64,000 nucleotides of DNA from an uncultured Prevotellaceae bacterium (GCA_902784755.1 CACZVX010000010.1:90-64089); one strand, 5' to 3'; positions 49,733-60,387 are shown, counted from the first letter of the stretch. Numbers and translations: made by a program. The notes: generated from the letters alone by a model not told the origin.

Positions 49733-49918
49733 TTAAAAGGTTAAACAATATATAAAGGTTTAAAAGTTTAAAGGGTTAAAAGGTTAAGTGCTGCTTTGCA
49801 GCTGTTTAAGAGAACGAGAGGACGAGGGGACGTGGGGACGAGATTACTTTTGGGGGAGATGATGCGAAGGCTTGGAGTATTCTCGTTCCTTCGCTCTCTC
49901 GCTCTCACGTTCTCTCGA
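49733..49918. repeat. Octamer array, one mini-hairpin unit, then inverted GAGGGACG/CTCTCGCT-type arms
   Basis: AAAGGTTA-like units, CTGCAAAGCAG hairpin, arms bounded by GAGATTACT / AGTATTCTC. Confidence 0.75.
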
Positions 49919-49926
49919 CAATTACT

Positions 49927-51330
49927 TCATTCATCCGCAGAGAAGAGTGGATCTTCGGGCATGACCATCAATGGCTTTTGCTCGTACTCCTTCAGCAAGG
50001 TTGACGAAACGTACTTCTTGTCAACGACCAGACGGAACATATATTCCCGGAACCAACGGTCGGTCATAATCAGATAACCATTCACACCACTGTCGGCACC
50101 CCATGAGTTCTCCACCTTCCATTTGGTGGCCTTTCCCTGAGCATCCAGATCAACGGCAGTAAGCGTCATGGCATGGGTGCTGCCACTGTCGAAAGTCTCT
50201 ATGCGCTGTGCTTTGTCCATATTGAAGGTGGTACCGAAGAGCGATCCGTAATCGTAGTTGTCGAGGTCGAGGAATCCGCGCTTGCGGTCAAGTTGCTTGC
50301 CCACATCATAAGAGCTATAGAGTTTGCGACCGTCCTTGAGCTGTGAGATAGCCAGTGCCTCAATCTCATCCATCGGCAGGTTCAGGTATTTCCAGTTGTG
50401 TCCGTCATAGGTGTGGCGGTCATATTCCACCTCATAGGTCTTATGATAAGGACGGCGAGGATCGTTCATCACCATAATGAAAGTGCCGTTCAGGCTCCCG
50501 CCTACAACTTCTTTATAGAAAGACTGAGGGGTATAGGTCTTAGCTTCGGTCATGGGCTTACCTTCTTTGTTGCGGAAGGCATAGGTGAATTCCTTCACAG
50601 GTTCTCCCAATGTTAGCGTCAGCATCCGATAAATCTCAGCGAGCATCTGAGTTTTCGTTTTCGTTATCGTTTTCGCTGCCGTCCCCTTCTGCACCAAATC
50701 ACGTAACTGCAGGGCCTGCTCACGAAGCTTGCTCTTAATGATGGCACGCATCTTCGTGGTGTTATCGGCAGAATAGGTCTCAGGACACACTTCCGTAGGA
50801 ACCAGACCGTATTTCTCCGTCAGATCAGAAACGCCGCAAAAAGTGCCGCCGTCACCAATGGGATTCTGGAGGAAGAAACGCACGCGCTGGTCATCGATGG
50901 GCTTTTTACCCGTGTCGATAATGCCTTGCAGGAAAAGGTTCGCCTTCTCCAACTGATCATAGAAGAACAAATAGTCCTGAGAGAAACTGAGCTGGAGAGA
51001 ATCCTTATGCAGGCGGGCGAAGTCGGCGCGCAGTACATTCAAACCGCTGAACATCCAACAGCGTCCGGAAGACTTCTGATTAGTGATACTCTGTTTCGGC
51101 GTCTCAATGCAGAAATGCTTGTCGATGACATTCAGACTGTTACGCGTACGGGCCAAATCGTCAATGTTATTCGTAGCTATAGCGTTGGACAATGCCTGAG
51201 TCGTGGCCCCCTGTGGTTGGGCACTGATAATCTCTTGCAGCATCTGCTGTGAAATGCCACCATCTTTCTGCTGTGCGGCTGCCGTCAAGGTCAAGGTAAA
51301 AGCAGCCAACAAGTAAAATGTTTTCTTCAT
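49927..51330 (-). CDS. pepC: C1B aminopeptidase (bleomycin hydrolase family)
   Basis: NQKSSGRCWMF, STHAMTL, WKVENSWG. Confidence 0.93.
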   Translation of the reverse strand: MKKTFYLLAAFTLTLTAAAQQKDGGISQQMLQEIISAQPQGATTQALSNAIATNNIDDLARTRNSLNVIDKHFCIETPKQSITNQKSSGRCWMFSGLNVLRADFARLHKDSLQLSFSQDYLFFYDQLEKANLFLQGIIDTGKKPIDDQRVRFFLQNPIGDGGTFCGVSDLTEKYGLVPTEVCPETYSADNTTKMRAIIKSKLREQALQLRDLVQKGTAAKTITKTKTQMLAEIYRMLTLTLGEPVKEFTYAFRNKEGKPMTEAKTYTPQSFYKEVVGGSLNGTFIMVMNDPRRPYHKTYEVEYDRHTYDGHNWKYLNLPMDEIEALAISQLKDGRKLYSSYDVGKQLDRKRGFLDLDNYDYGSLFGTTFNMDKAQRIETFDSGSTHAMTLTAVDLDAQGKATKWKVENSWGADSGVNGYLIMTDRWFREYMFRLVVDKKYVSSTLLKEYEQKPLMVMPEDPLFSADE

Positions 51331-51461
51331 CGATAAAGTTATGTTTTGCTCGCCAAAGATAGCAAATTTATTTTGTTTATGCAACAAGAAAGGAGAAAAA
51401 AGAATTTTTGCTTGGTACATATTTAATTTTTACTTACCTTTGTACGCAGATATTTACACAA

Positions 51462-53357
51462 GTGGAAGATAATAAATTCAATATACTTAACAAAATTAAA
51501 GACCCGGAAGACTTGCGGAAATTAACGGTGGATGAACTGCCGCAACTCTGCAAAGAACTGCGCGAGGACATCGTGCAGGAACTTTCGGTGAACCCCGGAC
51601 ACCTGGCCTCTAGCCTTGGTGCCGTGGAGATAACGGTGGCGTTACACTACGTCTTCGACACTCCTGAGGACCGCATCGTATGGGATGTGGGCCATCAGGC
51701 TTATGGACATAAGATTCTGACAGGCCGGCGGGAACAGTTCAAGACCAACCGCAAACTAGGCGGACTCATGCCTTTTCCTTCTCCCAAAGAGAGCGAATAC
51801 GACTCGTTTACCTGCGGACATGCCTCCAACAGCATTTCAGCTGCCCTGGGTATGGCGGTTGCAGCTGAGAGAATGAGAAAAGGAGAAAACGAGAAGATGA
51901 GGAAGGTTGTGGCCGTAATCGGTGACGGTGCTATGAGTGGCGGACTGGCTTTCGAAGGACTCAACAATGTATCCTCAACGCCCAACGACCTGCTTATCAT
52001 CCTCAACGACAACAACATGTCGATAGACCGTTCGGTGGGAGGTATGAAGGAATATCTCATCAACCTCAACACCAACGAGACCTATAACAAACTGCGCTAT
52101 AAAGCCTATAAATGGCTGAACCGCAATGGTTATCTGGAAGAAGACCGCCGAAAGGGACTTATCCGACTGAGCAATGCCGTGAAAAGTGCCATCTCGCATC
52201 AGCAGAATATCTTCGAGGGCATGAACATCCGTTACTTCGGTCCTTTTAACGGTCATGATGTGAAGGAAATCGTGCGCCTGCTCCGTCAGCTGAAGAATAT
52301 GAAAGGTCCGAAGCTGCTCCATCTGCACACGAAGAAAGGATATGGTTATGCACCGGCAGAAAACGAGGCAACCATCTGGCATGCACCCGGAAAATTTGAC
52401 GTAGATACTGGTGAACGTATTTGTGAAGACTGTGAGAACCAGCCACCTAAATTCCAGAAGGTATTTGGCGAAACCCTGCTTGAACTCGCAGAACAGAACC
52501 CCAAGATAGTGGGAGTGACTCCTGCCATGCCAACAGGATGTTCGATGAACATCATGATGGAGAAGATGCCTAAGCGCACCTTCGACGTAGGTATTGCCGA
52601 AGGCCATGCCGTGACATTCTCCGGCGGAATGGCAAAGGACGGGCTGTTGCCTTTCTGCAACATCTACAGTGCTTTCGCCCAGCGCGCCTACGACAATATC
52701 ATTCATGACCTCGCCATCCTGAATCTCCCCGTTGTCATCTGCCTCGACCGTGCAGGACTGGTGGGTGAAGACGGTGCCACACATCATGGCGCCTTCGATT
52801 TGGCAGCACTCCGCCCCATACCTAATCTGACGATTGCCTCGCCTATGGACGAGCATGAGTTGCGGAAACTGATGTACACGGCCCAATTGCCGGAAAAGGG
52901 AACATTCGTCATCCGTTATCCCCGAGGAAAGGGTGTTCTGGTGGACTGGCGTTGTCCGTTGGAAGAGGTGGAAGTGGGCACCGGACGCAAAATCCGCGAC
53001 GGAAAAGATGTAGCCATCCTTTCGATAGGTCCTGTCGGCAACACTGTTGAGGCTGCATTGGATGAAATGGAGAATGCAGCTCATTACGACATGCGTTTCC
53101 TGAAACCTTTGGATGAGAACCTCCTTGAAGAAATAGGCCAGCGATTCAGCCGCATCATCACTGTGGAAGACGGAGTGCGTACAGGAGGACTGGGCTCTGC
53201 CGTACTGGAATGGATGAACGACCACGGCTATCATCCACAGATTACTCGTCTGGGACTTCCTGACGAGTTCGTGGAGCATGGCACTGTGAAAGAACTTCAG
53301 CATATCGTGGGTATTGACAAAGAGGGGATCCTGAAAGAATTAAGAATTAAGAGTTAA
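51462..53357 (+). CDS. dxs: 1-deoxy-D-xylulose-5-phosphate synthase
   Basis: [50 protein letters not shown]. Confidence 0.97.
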   Translation: MEDNKFNILNKIKDPEDLRKLTVDELPQLCKELREDIVQELSVNPGHLASSLGAVEITVALHYVFDTPEDRIVWDVGHQAYGHKILTGRREQFKTNRKLGGLMPFPSPKESEYDSFTCGHASNSISAALGMAVAAERMRKGENEKMRKVVAVIGDGAMSGGLAFEGLNNVSSTPNDLLIILNDNNMSIDRSVGGMKEYLINLNTNETYNKLRYKAYKWLNRNGYLEEDRRKGLIRLSNAVKSAISHQQNIFEGMNIRYFGPFNGHDVKEIVRLLRQLKNMKGPKLLHLHTKKGYGYAPAENEATIWHAPGKFDVDTGERICEDCENQPPKFQKVFGETLLELAEQNPKIVGVTPAMPTGCSMNIMMEKMPKRTFDVGIAEGHAVTFSGGMAKDGLLPFCNIYSAFAQRAYDNIIHDLAILNLPVVICLDRAGLVGEDGATHHGAFDLAALRPIPNLTIASPMDEHELRKLMYTAQLPEKGTFVIRYPRGKGVLVDWRCPLEEVEVGTGRKIRDGKDVAILSIGPVGNTVEAALDEMENAAHYDMRFLKPLDENLLEEIGQRFSRIITVEDGVRTGGLGSAVLEWMNDHGYHPQITRLGLPDEFVEHGTVKELQHIVGIDKEGILKELRIKS

Positions 53358-53420
53358 GAATTAAGAGTTATTGCCTGTGGCAATTTTCAATGATCAATTA
53401 AGAATTAAGCATTAAGCATT
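53336..53420. repeat. AATTAAG heptamer array with TTGCC-NNN-GGCAA hairpin
   Basis: Overlaps the dxs stop; matches 20083-20135. Confidence 0.85.
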
Positions 53421-54764
53421 ATGAAGATCATCATCTCTGGCGCTTATGCCATCGGAACACATCTGGCAAAACTGCTCTCGCGAAACAATCAGGACACGGT
53501 GCTGATTGACGACGATGAGGAGCGGTTGTTGAATGTATCGAGCGACTATGACCTGCTCACCATCAACGATGATCCGTCGCGTATCTCCACAATGGTAGAA
53601 GCTGGCGTGAAGAATGCCGATCTCTATATTGCTGTCACTCCCGACCAGAGCCTGAACCTCAATACGTGTATCATGGCCAAGGCAATGGGTGCGAAACGTA
53701 CGGTGGCCAAAGTGGACAACTACGAATATATTGATCCGAAACTCGATGGATTCTTTGAACGTATCGGTATCAGTTCGCTCATCTATCCCGAAAACCTAGC
53801 CGCTAAAGAAATCACCAACGGACTGAAAATGTCGTGGGTACGTCAGCGCTGGGACGTACATGACGGGGCACTCGTGATGCTGGGCATCAAGCTCCGTGAA
53901 ACCTGTGAGATTCTCAATGAGCCTCTGAAAGACCTCTGTAAACCAGAATCCCCCTATCATATCGTAGCCATCAAGAGAGGCGACGAGACGATTATCCCAC
54001 GCGGTGATGACGAACTGAAAATCTACGACCTGGCCTACTTCATGACCACCCGCAATTATATTCCCTATATCCGCAAGATTGTTGGAAAAGAACACTATGT
54101 AGATGTGAAGAACGTGATGATCATGGGTGGCGGTGAGACGGCAGTACGTGCCGTGGCCATGATGCCGGAATACATGAGATGCAAGATTCTCGAATTGAAT
54201 GACCATCGCTGTCAGAAACTGAACGATCTCGTGGATACCGACACTACAATGGTGATCAATGGCGACGGACGTGACATTCAACTGCTCTTGGAAGAGGGTG
54301 TAAAGAATACCCAGGCTTTCGTAGCCTTGACTGGAAATGCGGAAACCAATATCCTGGCTTGTCTGACAGCCAAGCGACTAGGTGTAAGAAAGACGGTGGC
54401 GATGGTGGAAAACATGGACTATGTAGCCATGGCCGAAAGTCTGGATATCGGTACGATTGTCAATAAGAAAGCCATGGCAGCGAGTGCCATCTACCAGATG
54501 ATGCTCGATGAAGACGTCCACAACATCCGGTTCCTGATGACGGCCAATGCCGATGTCGCTGAGTTCACAGCCCAACAAGGCTCCAAGGTGACCAAAAAGA
54601 AAGTGTTCGAACTGGGACTTCCCAAAGGTGCCACCATTGGTGGTTTGGTACGTCACGGACAAGGACAACTCGTTAGCGGTGGAACACAGATTGAAGCCGG
54701 TGATATCGTAGTGGTGTTCTGCCATGACTTGAGCATGGAAAAGATTGAGAAATACTTTAAGTAA
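53421..54764 (+). CDS. trkA: Trk potassium uptake NAD-binding subunit
   Basis: Two RCK N/C repeats; next to trkH. Confidence 0.93.
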   Translation: MKIIISGAYAIGTHLAKLLSRNNQDTVLIDDDEERLLNVSSDYDLLTINDDPSRISTMVEAGVKNADLYIAVTPDQSLNLNTCIMAKAMGAKRTVAKVDNYEYIDPKLDGFFERIGISSLIYPENLAAKEITNGLKMSWVRQRWDVHDGALVMLGIKLRETCEILNEPLKDLCKPESPYHIVAIKRGDETIIPRGDDELKIYDLAYFMTTRNYIPYIRKIVGKEHYVDVKNVMIMGGGETAVRAVAMMPEYMRCKILELNDHRCQKLNDLVDTDTTMVINGDGRDIQLLLEEGVKNTQAFVALTGNAETNILACLTAKRLGVRKTVAMVENMDYVAMAESLDIGTIVNKKAMAASAIYQMMLDEDVHNIRFLMTANADVAEFTAQQGSKVTKKKVFELGLPKGATIGGLVRHGQGQLVSGGTQIEAGDIVVVFCHDLSMEKIEKYFK

Positions 54765-54781
54765 GTGAAGAGTGAAGAATC

Positions 54782-56239
54782 ATGATTAACTTCAAACTGA
54801 TATATAAAATACTGGGATCATTGCTTCTGTTGGAAGCCATGTTTATCCTGGTATGTATCGGTGTTTCACTTTTTTACCATGAAGACGACATCATGGCCTT
54901 CTCCATTACGTTGGTTCTGATGTTCATCGGTGCCATCATCCTACGGTTTATGGGACGTAATGCCAGCAACAACTTAGGCCGACGCGATGCCTATCTGCTG
55001 GTAACACTCACCTGGATCATTTTCAGTTTGTTTGGTTCCTTCCCCTTCTCTATCAGCGGCTATATTCCCAATTTCACCAATGCCTATTTTGAGACCATCT
55101 CCGGCTTTACCACGACGGGAGCCTCCGTCATCGATGTGGTGGAAGTTCTTCCCCACGGACTGCTTTTCTGGCGTTCAATGACCCAATGGATTGGCGGTTT
55201 GGGAATTGTGTTCTTCACCATTGCCATTCTTCCTTCCATGGTAGGCGGAACAGTGAAAGTGTTCGCGGCCGAAGCTACGGGTCCCATCCGTGCTAAGATG
55301 CATCCACGGCTCAGTACGAATGCCAAATGGATTTGGAGCATCTATCTCACCCTGACGATTGGTTGTGCCATCATGTTCTATTTTGGAGGCATGGATTTGT
55401 TTGACTGTATGAACTATGCCATGACGATTACCGCTACAGGAGGCTTTGCCACCCACAGCGAGTCTACGGGATTCTATCACAGCGCTTTCATCGACTACAC
55501 GTCCATTACCTTCATGTTTCTCTCGGGCATCAGTTTCACGATGCTCTATGCCATGATTTTCAAGGGGCGTGTCAAGCAGTTCTTCAAGAACACGGAATTA
55601 AAGCTCTACTGCGCACTAGTGGTTATCGCCACAACGGTTATCACCTATTTCCTGCTAAGATACAACGACTACACGCTGGAAGAAGGCATCAAGAATGCAC
55701 TGTTCCAAGTGGTATCATTCCTGACTACTACAGGTGTCTTCAATGACAACGCGGCACAATGGCATCATATTACATGGGTGGTTCTGAGTGTCTGCATGTT
55801 CTTCGGTGGATGTGCAGGCAGCACGGCAGGAGGATTCAAGTGTGTCCGGGGTGTCATGGTACTGAAAATCGTGCAGAACGAACTGAAGCATATCCTCCAT
55901 CCCAAAGCCGTACTTCCCGTAAAGGTAAACGGCATGAGCGTAGCCTATGGACAGCAGATGACATTGATGGCATTCTTCGCCGCCTATTTCATGCTGGCGC
56001 TCGTATCCTATTTCATTATGATTCTGGCCGGAGTGGACAGCACCAACTCCTTCACCATCGCCCTGAGTTGCGCCAGCAACGTGGGACCTACGCTTGGACT
56101 GGAGATCGGTCCCACGATGTCATGGGATGTATTGCCCGACGTCGTGAAGTGGCTGCTTTCGCTGCTGATGCTGATGGGGCGTCTTGAAATCTTCAGCGTG
56201 GTGGTTCTGTTCACCCCGTCATTCTGGAAGGATAATTAG
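54782..56239 (+). CDS. trkH: Trk potassium uptake membrane subunit
   Basis: FETISGFTTTG, QWIGGLG, GGCAGSTAGGFK, MLMGRLEI. Confidence 0.95.
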   Translation: MINFKLIYKILGSLLLLEAMFILVCIGVSLFYHEDDIMAFSITLVLMFIGAIILRFMGRNASNNLGRRDAYLLVTLTWIIFSLFGSFPFSISGYIPNFTNAYFETISGFTTTGASVIDVVEVLPHGLLFWRSMTQWIGGLGIVFFTIAILPSMVGGTVKVFAAEATGPIRAKMHPRLSTNAKWIWSIYLTLTIGCAIMFYFGGMDLFDCMNYAMTITATGGFATHSESTGFYHSAFIDYTSITFMFLSGISFTMLYAMIFKGRVKQFFKNTELKLYCALVVIATTVITYFLLRYNDYTLEEGIKNALFQVVSFLTTTGVFNDNAAQWHHITWVVLSVCMFFGGCAGSTAGGFKCVRGVMVLKIVQNELKHILHPKAVLPVKVNGMSVAYGQQMTLMAFFAAYFMLALVSYFIMILAGVDSTNSFTIALSCASNVGPTLGLEIGPTMSWDVLPDVVKWLLSLLMLMGRLEIFSVVVLFTPSFWKDN

Positions 56240-56252
56240 AACGATAACATTT

Positions 56253-56396
56253 TGAGCCCCTCGATAAGGGCGGCTCTAAAGCAGGGGCCTACCCTAGCTC
56301 CCATCCCTCAATAAAGGGTTAATAGTTTAAGCGTCCTTCGGACTGTTTAAGCGCCACTACGTGGCTGGTTAAAAGTATTTTGACGATAACGATAAC
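56253..56396 (-). repeat. Composite repeat outside the island
   Basis: GGGCGGCTCTAAAGCAGGG (also at ~38842), BoxC-like half, hairpin units TCCGAAGGA and CCACGTAGTGG, degenerate 6-mers. Confidence 0.8.
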
Positions 56397-56478
56397 GGAA
56401 AAATAAGTGTTTTGATTCGGTGAATCGTATAGATAAACAAAGAAATAAAGGTAAAAGATAGAAACTGTATAACAAGAC

Positions 56479-57441
56479 ATGCAACCTATAAAGTTCGAAC
56501 CACTTCTAAAGCAGACCCTTTGGGGTGGGAAAAAGATTATACCGTTCAAGCACCTCGACTCCTCCATGGAGGACGTAGGTGAGAGCTGGGAAATTTCAGG
56601 AGTAGAAGATCATGAGACCATCGTCAAAGAAGGTCCGATGAAAGGGAAAAGACTTAACGAGTTAGTGGTAGAAATGAAGGATAAACTCGTGGGCCGAGAT
56701 AATTATCAGCGTTTCGGCGACGAATTTCCGTTGCTTATCAAGTTTATTGATGCCCGTAAGGATCTTTCCATACAGGTGCACCCCAACGACGAAATTGCAC
56801 ATAAACAGGGAAAACCTCATGGAAAGACAGAGATGTGGTATCTAATGGAATCTGACAAAGACGCCAAACTCTACTGTGGACTGAAAAAGGAAATCACCCC
56901 TGAAAAATATAAGAAAATGGTGGAAGACGACACCATCTGTGATGCATTGGCACAATATGAGGTTAAGGAAGGCGATTGTTTTTTCCTGCCTGCAGGACGT
57001 ATTCATGCCATTGGTGCCGGTTGTTTTCTAACTGAAATCCAGCAGACCTCTGACGTCACCTATCGTATCTATGATTTCAAACGTCGTGACAAGAACGGGA
57101 ATCTGCGTGAACTGCACACCAAACTAGCCGCTGAGAGCATCAACTATCAGGTGGAAGATGATTACCGGCAATATTACGTGGAACGCAAGAATAGGGGGGT
57201 ATCACTGGTACATTGCCCTTATTTCAACACAACTGTCTATGACCTTGATGAACCCATGACACTCGATTATAAGGAACTCGATTCTTTCGTGATTCTGATT
57301 GGATTAAAAGGAGAAGGAAAAATCGTGGACAACGAAGGTCATGAGGTCAGCATCAAAACGGGCGAAACCCTACTCGTTCCCGCCACTACTGAACGTCTCA
57401 GAATCAGCGGAACCTTCAAGTTTCTCGAGACCTACGTTTAA
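56479..57441 (+). CDS. manA: Mannose-6-phosphate isomerase class I
   Basis: GESWEIS, FPLLIKFIDA..DLSIQVHP, GKTEMWY, EIQQTSD.TYR.YD. Confidence 0.93.
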   Translation: MQPIKFEPLLKQTLWGGKKIIPFKHLDSSMEDVGESWEISGVEDHETIVKEGPMKGKRLNELVVEMKDKLVGRDNYQRFGDEFPLLIKFIDARKDLSIQVHPNDEIAHKQGKPHGKTEMWYLMESDKDAKLYCGLKKEITPEKYKKMVEDDTICDALAQYEVKEGDCFFLPAGRIHAIGAGCFLTEIQQTSDVTYRIYDFKRRDKNGNLRELHTKLAAESINYQVEDDYRQYYVERKNRGVSLVHCPYFNTTVYDLDEPMTLDYKELDSFVILIGLKGEGKIVDNEGHEVSIKTGETLLVPATTERLRISGTFKFLETYV

Positions 57442-58488
57442 CAGCTTTTCCACATCCCGCAGAATCCGCTGGAAAGCCTCACACTGCATATAGCCCATGT
57501 TCTTCTTGAGCATCTGGGCTATATCTTGTGTACTGTGATTATAACAGGACAGTTCGTTGCGCATCTGGGTGAAATGGCGGCTCTGGACACGAATTTCCTG
57601 TTCACGTTCGCGTACCAATTTCGAACACACCTTATCCATCATGGGCAAAATCACTTTGTCGAAAAAGTGATGTCCCTGTATATATAAATAGGTAGTCTGG
57701 GGAGTCACGCCCAACTCTTCCTGCAATTCCCGCTTCAAATCCAGATAACTCTCCTTGGCATCGGGATATTGCCGTTGTAGCCAACCCACCTTTTTATAGA
57801 CTTTATTGCGGATATTCTGCAATGCCCCCATGGGATTGCTCAGTGTGAAGCCGCCGAGATCAATGACGCGATTAAAATCTGTTATCGTGAAATTCGTATA
57901 AATGGGACGGCGATAGTGCCAGATGCTCCACACGAAAAGCGGGAAAATGGCTTCGGAATAAAGACGCAACCACTCTTCGAAGTCGAAGATATGACTGTCG
58001 TTCAGCGTCACCATCACCACCACATTATGCAGTGAAGGCGCATAGCATTGCAGATTCTCGATAGAATAAGCATAGGTATGAAGCACATAGGGATTCTCCC
58101 AGATCTTCCGTGATGTTTCCGTGGCCCCTTTGATAAGATAGTCGTAATCAGCATCCACACAAGCCAGCATCGAAGGACCTAGGATATCTCTCTCCTCTGT
58201 CCCCTGTCCTCTCTCCTCTTTCCTCTCTCCTCTTTCCTCTTTCCTCTCTTTAAAGACCAGATTCATCAACACAGACTTCTTTCCGCGTTCCAAGGTCTTA
58301 TGGGAAGGCAGCATCACTTCAAAATAACGTTTCTCATTCTCATAGGGAGAGAGTACGGTGCGCCAAAACAGGATGTCATCATAGCTCTCCACGTAAGCCA
58401 CGATACGCTTACGTGCATTCTTGGACCGCAGCCGGTTAGCCGCCTCCAAATATTGCGATGATATATTGCCTGTCAGCCTTTTAGCCAT
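57370..58488 (-). CDS. DUF4435 (TOPRIM-like) domain protein
   Basis: VAYVESYDD, CVDADYD, TYAYSIEN; follows an ABC-type ATPase. Confidence 0.8.
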   Translation of the reverse strand: MAKRLTGNISSQYLEAANRLRSKNARKRIVAYVESYDDILFWRTVLSPYENEKRYFEVMLPSHKTLERGKKSVLMNLVFKERKEERGERKEERGQGTEERDILGPSMLACVDADYDYLIKGATETSRKIWENPYVLHTYAYSIENLQCYAPSLHNVVVMVTLNDSHIFDFEEWLRLYSEAIFPLFVWSIWHYRRPIYTNFTITDFNRVIDLGGFTLSNPMGALQNIRNKVYKKVGWLQRQYPDAKESYLDLKRELQEELGVTPQTTYLYIQGHHFFDKVILPMMDKVCSKLVREREQEIRVQSRHFTQMRNELSCYNHSTQDIAQMLKKNMGYMQCEAFQRILRDVEKLLNVGLEKLEGSADSETFSSGGNE

Positions 58489-58498
58489 ACTTGAAACC

Positions 58499-59305
58499 TT
58501 ACAAATCCGTAATATCAGTCACTTCCGTTACCCGGTCAAACCATCCGTTCATGATGACGGCAGGAGAATGGGTGGTCAGGATAATCTGTACATTGGGATT
58601 CAAGTCAAGAATGGTCTCAATGAGCCGCTGTTGCCATTCTATATGAAGGCTCACTTCCGGCTCATCCATAAACAGCACGTATGGCAGATTGTTCTCCACC
58701 AATACCGTTAACAGGATGACCAGCATCTGCTTCTCACCACTGGAGAGCTGATAGGGAACCAGTGTCTCACCAATCTGCGAGAAGCGGATTTCATTCTCCG
58801 TACGCACAATCTTCTTGCCGGTATCCTTGAACAGGTCATCGATAATGTCCTGAAACTTAGTCTTGGCAGCCGAAAACTCCTGTGCTGCCTGCAGATTGCC
58901 TTTCTGCAGCTCCTCGATAATCAGATTGCCGATATTAACCTGGTAATCCAGATATTTACGCTGTAACTTATAGATTTGCCAGTCCAATTCCGTCGCCAAA
59001 CTCATATCCATACGACTGATGGTATCCGAATTAACCAACGGACGATCGAATGAGCGAATCACATCAAACCTGATATGTGTAGCATCGGCGGGTACCGTCC
59101 GGATATGCACCCCTTTGAGCAAATGGTTCACAATGTCTCCTTTGTGCTCCACACTCTTCACCACCTTGTTTAAGATGGTACTCTTGCCCACGCCGTTAAT
59201 ACCACTCAGGATATTTACCTGACGGTCCAGATCCCATATCACATGGCGCTTGCCGCTCCACAATGAATCAATCTCAATCTGTTCAATATAATCTGCGTAT
59301 TTCAT
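58499..59305 (-). CDS. ABC-like AAA_15/AAA_21 ATPase
   Basis: Walker A GINGVGKS, signature LSSGEKQ, Walker B LFMDEPE, H-loop TTHSP. Confidence 0.9.
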   Translation of the reverse strand: MKYADYIEQIEIDSLWSGKRHVIWDLDRQVNILSGINGVGKSTILNKVVKSVEHKGDIVNHLLKGVHIRTVPADATHIRFDVIRSFDRPLVNSDTISRMDMSLATELDWQIYKLQRKYLDYQVNIGNLIIEELQKGNLQAAQEFSAAKTKFQDIIDDLFKDTGKKIVRTENEIRFSQIGETLVPYQLSSGEKQMLVILLTVLVENNLPYVLFMDEPEVSLHIEWQQRLIETILDLNPNVQIILTTHSPAVIMNGWFDRVTEVTDITDL

Positions 59306-59400
59306 ACTCAAGGATTTTCGCTACAAAGATATAAAATATTTGCCATTTATCAATTATCATTTATCATTTAATTTGTACCTTTGCACAATAATTAAAACAA

Positions 59401-60387
59401 ATGAAAAATAATCGTCCGCTCATTGCTCACCTGTCCATGTTTGGCGCCTGTGCTTTCTGGGGACTTATGGCTCCCTTGGGAAAAGATGCCATGACACACG
59501 GTATCGACGGTATCACCATGGTCAGTTTTCGCGTTTTAGGCGGATGTCTGCTCTTCTGGCTGACTTCATTTTTCTTAAAACGCTGGGAACGGCACAAAAC
59601 CCTCACTTCTCCACCATCAACCATAAACCATCAACCACTTACAGAGCATGTTCCAACAAAAGACAAACTGTTGTTCGTCGGAGCGGGATTCTTCGGACTT
59701 GTCACCAATCAATGCCTCTATACCATTGGCCTCAGCATCACCTCCCCTATCAATGCTTCGATCGTAACCACTTCCATGCCCATCTTTGCCATGATTCTCG
59801 CGGCTATCATTCTTCGGGAACCCATTACCGGCAAGAAGGCGATAGGCGTGCTCATGGGTTGTTCGGGAGCCCTTATCCTCATTCTGACAAGTGCCTCTGC
59901 CGTCAGCGACAAGGTGGGCGACATCCGCGGTGACCTTCTGTGTCTGGGAGCACAGTTCTCCTTTGCCCTTTATCTCTCGTTATTCAATAAACTCATTCGC
60001 CGTTACAATGTGTTCACCACCAACAAGTGGATGTTTCTTTGGGCATCCCTTATGGTGATTCCCTTCTCTGCACATCATGTTATCTGCGACATCGACTGGC
60101 CGCAAGTCCCCATCAAGACATGGCTGGAAGCAGGATATGTGGTATTCTTCGGGACTTATGTGGGCTATATCCTGACCATGATAGGCCAGAAGACGCTTCG
60201 TCCCACTGTGGTATCCGTTTATAATTATGTGCAACCCCTTGTTTCCGTAACGGTTTCGCTGCTCACTGGCATTGGTGTTTTCACGTGGCCGCAGGGCATT
60301 GCCGTTATCCTCGTTTTCTCTGGAGTATGGCTTGTTACGAAGTCAAAATCACGCCGGGATATGGAGAAAAAAGCCGAAATACCATAA
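59401..60387 (+). CDS. DMT/EamA family transporter
   Basis: About 10 TM segments; two EamA repeats; YVQPLV. Confidence 0.88.
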   Translation: MKNNRPLIAHLSMFGACAFWGLMAPLGKDAMTHGIDGITMVSFRVLGGCLLFWLTSFFLKRWERHKTLTSPPSTINHQPLTEHVPTKDKLLFVGAGFFGLVTNQCLYTIGLSITSPINASIVTTSMPIFAMILAAIILREPITGKKAIGVLMGCSGALILILTSASAVSDKVGDIRGDLLCLGAQFSFALYLSLFNKLIRRYNVFTTNKWMFLWASLMVIPFSAHHVICDIDWPQVPIKTWLEAGYVVFFGTYVGYILTMIGQKTLRPTVVSVYNYVQPLVSVTVSLLTGIGVFTWPQGIAVILVFSGVWLVTKSKSRRDMEKKAEIP

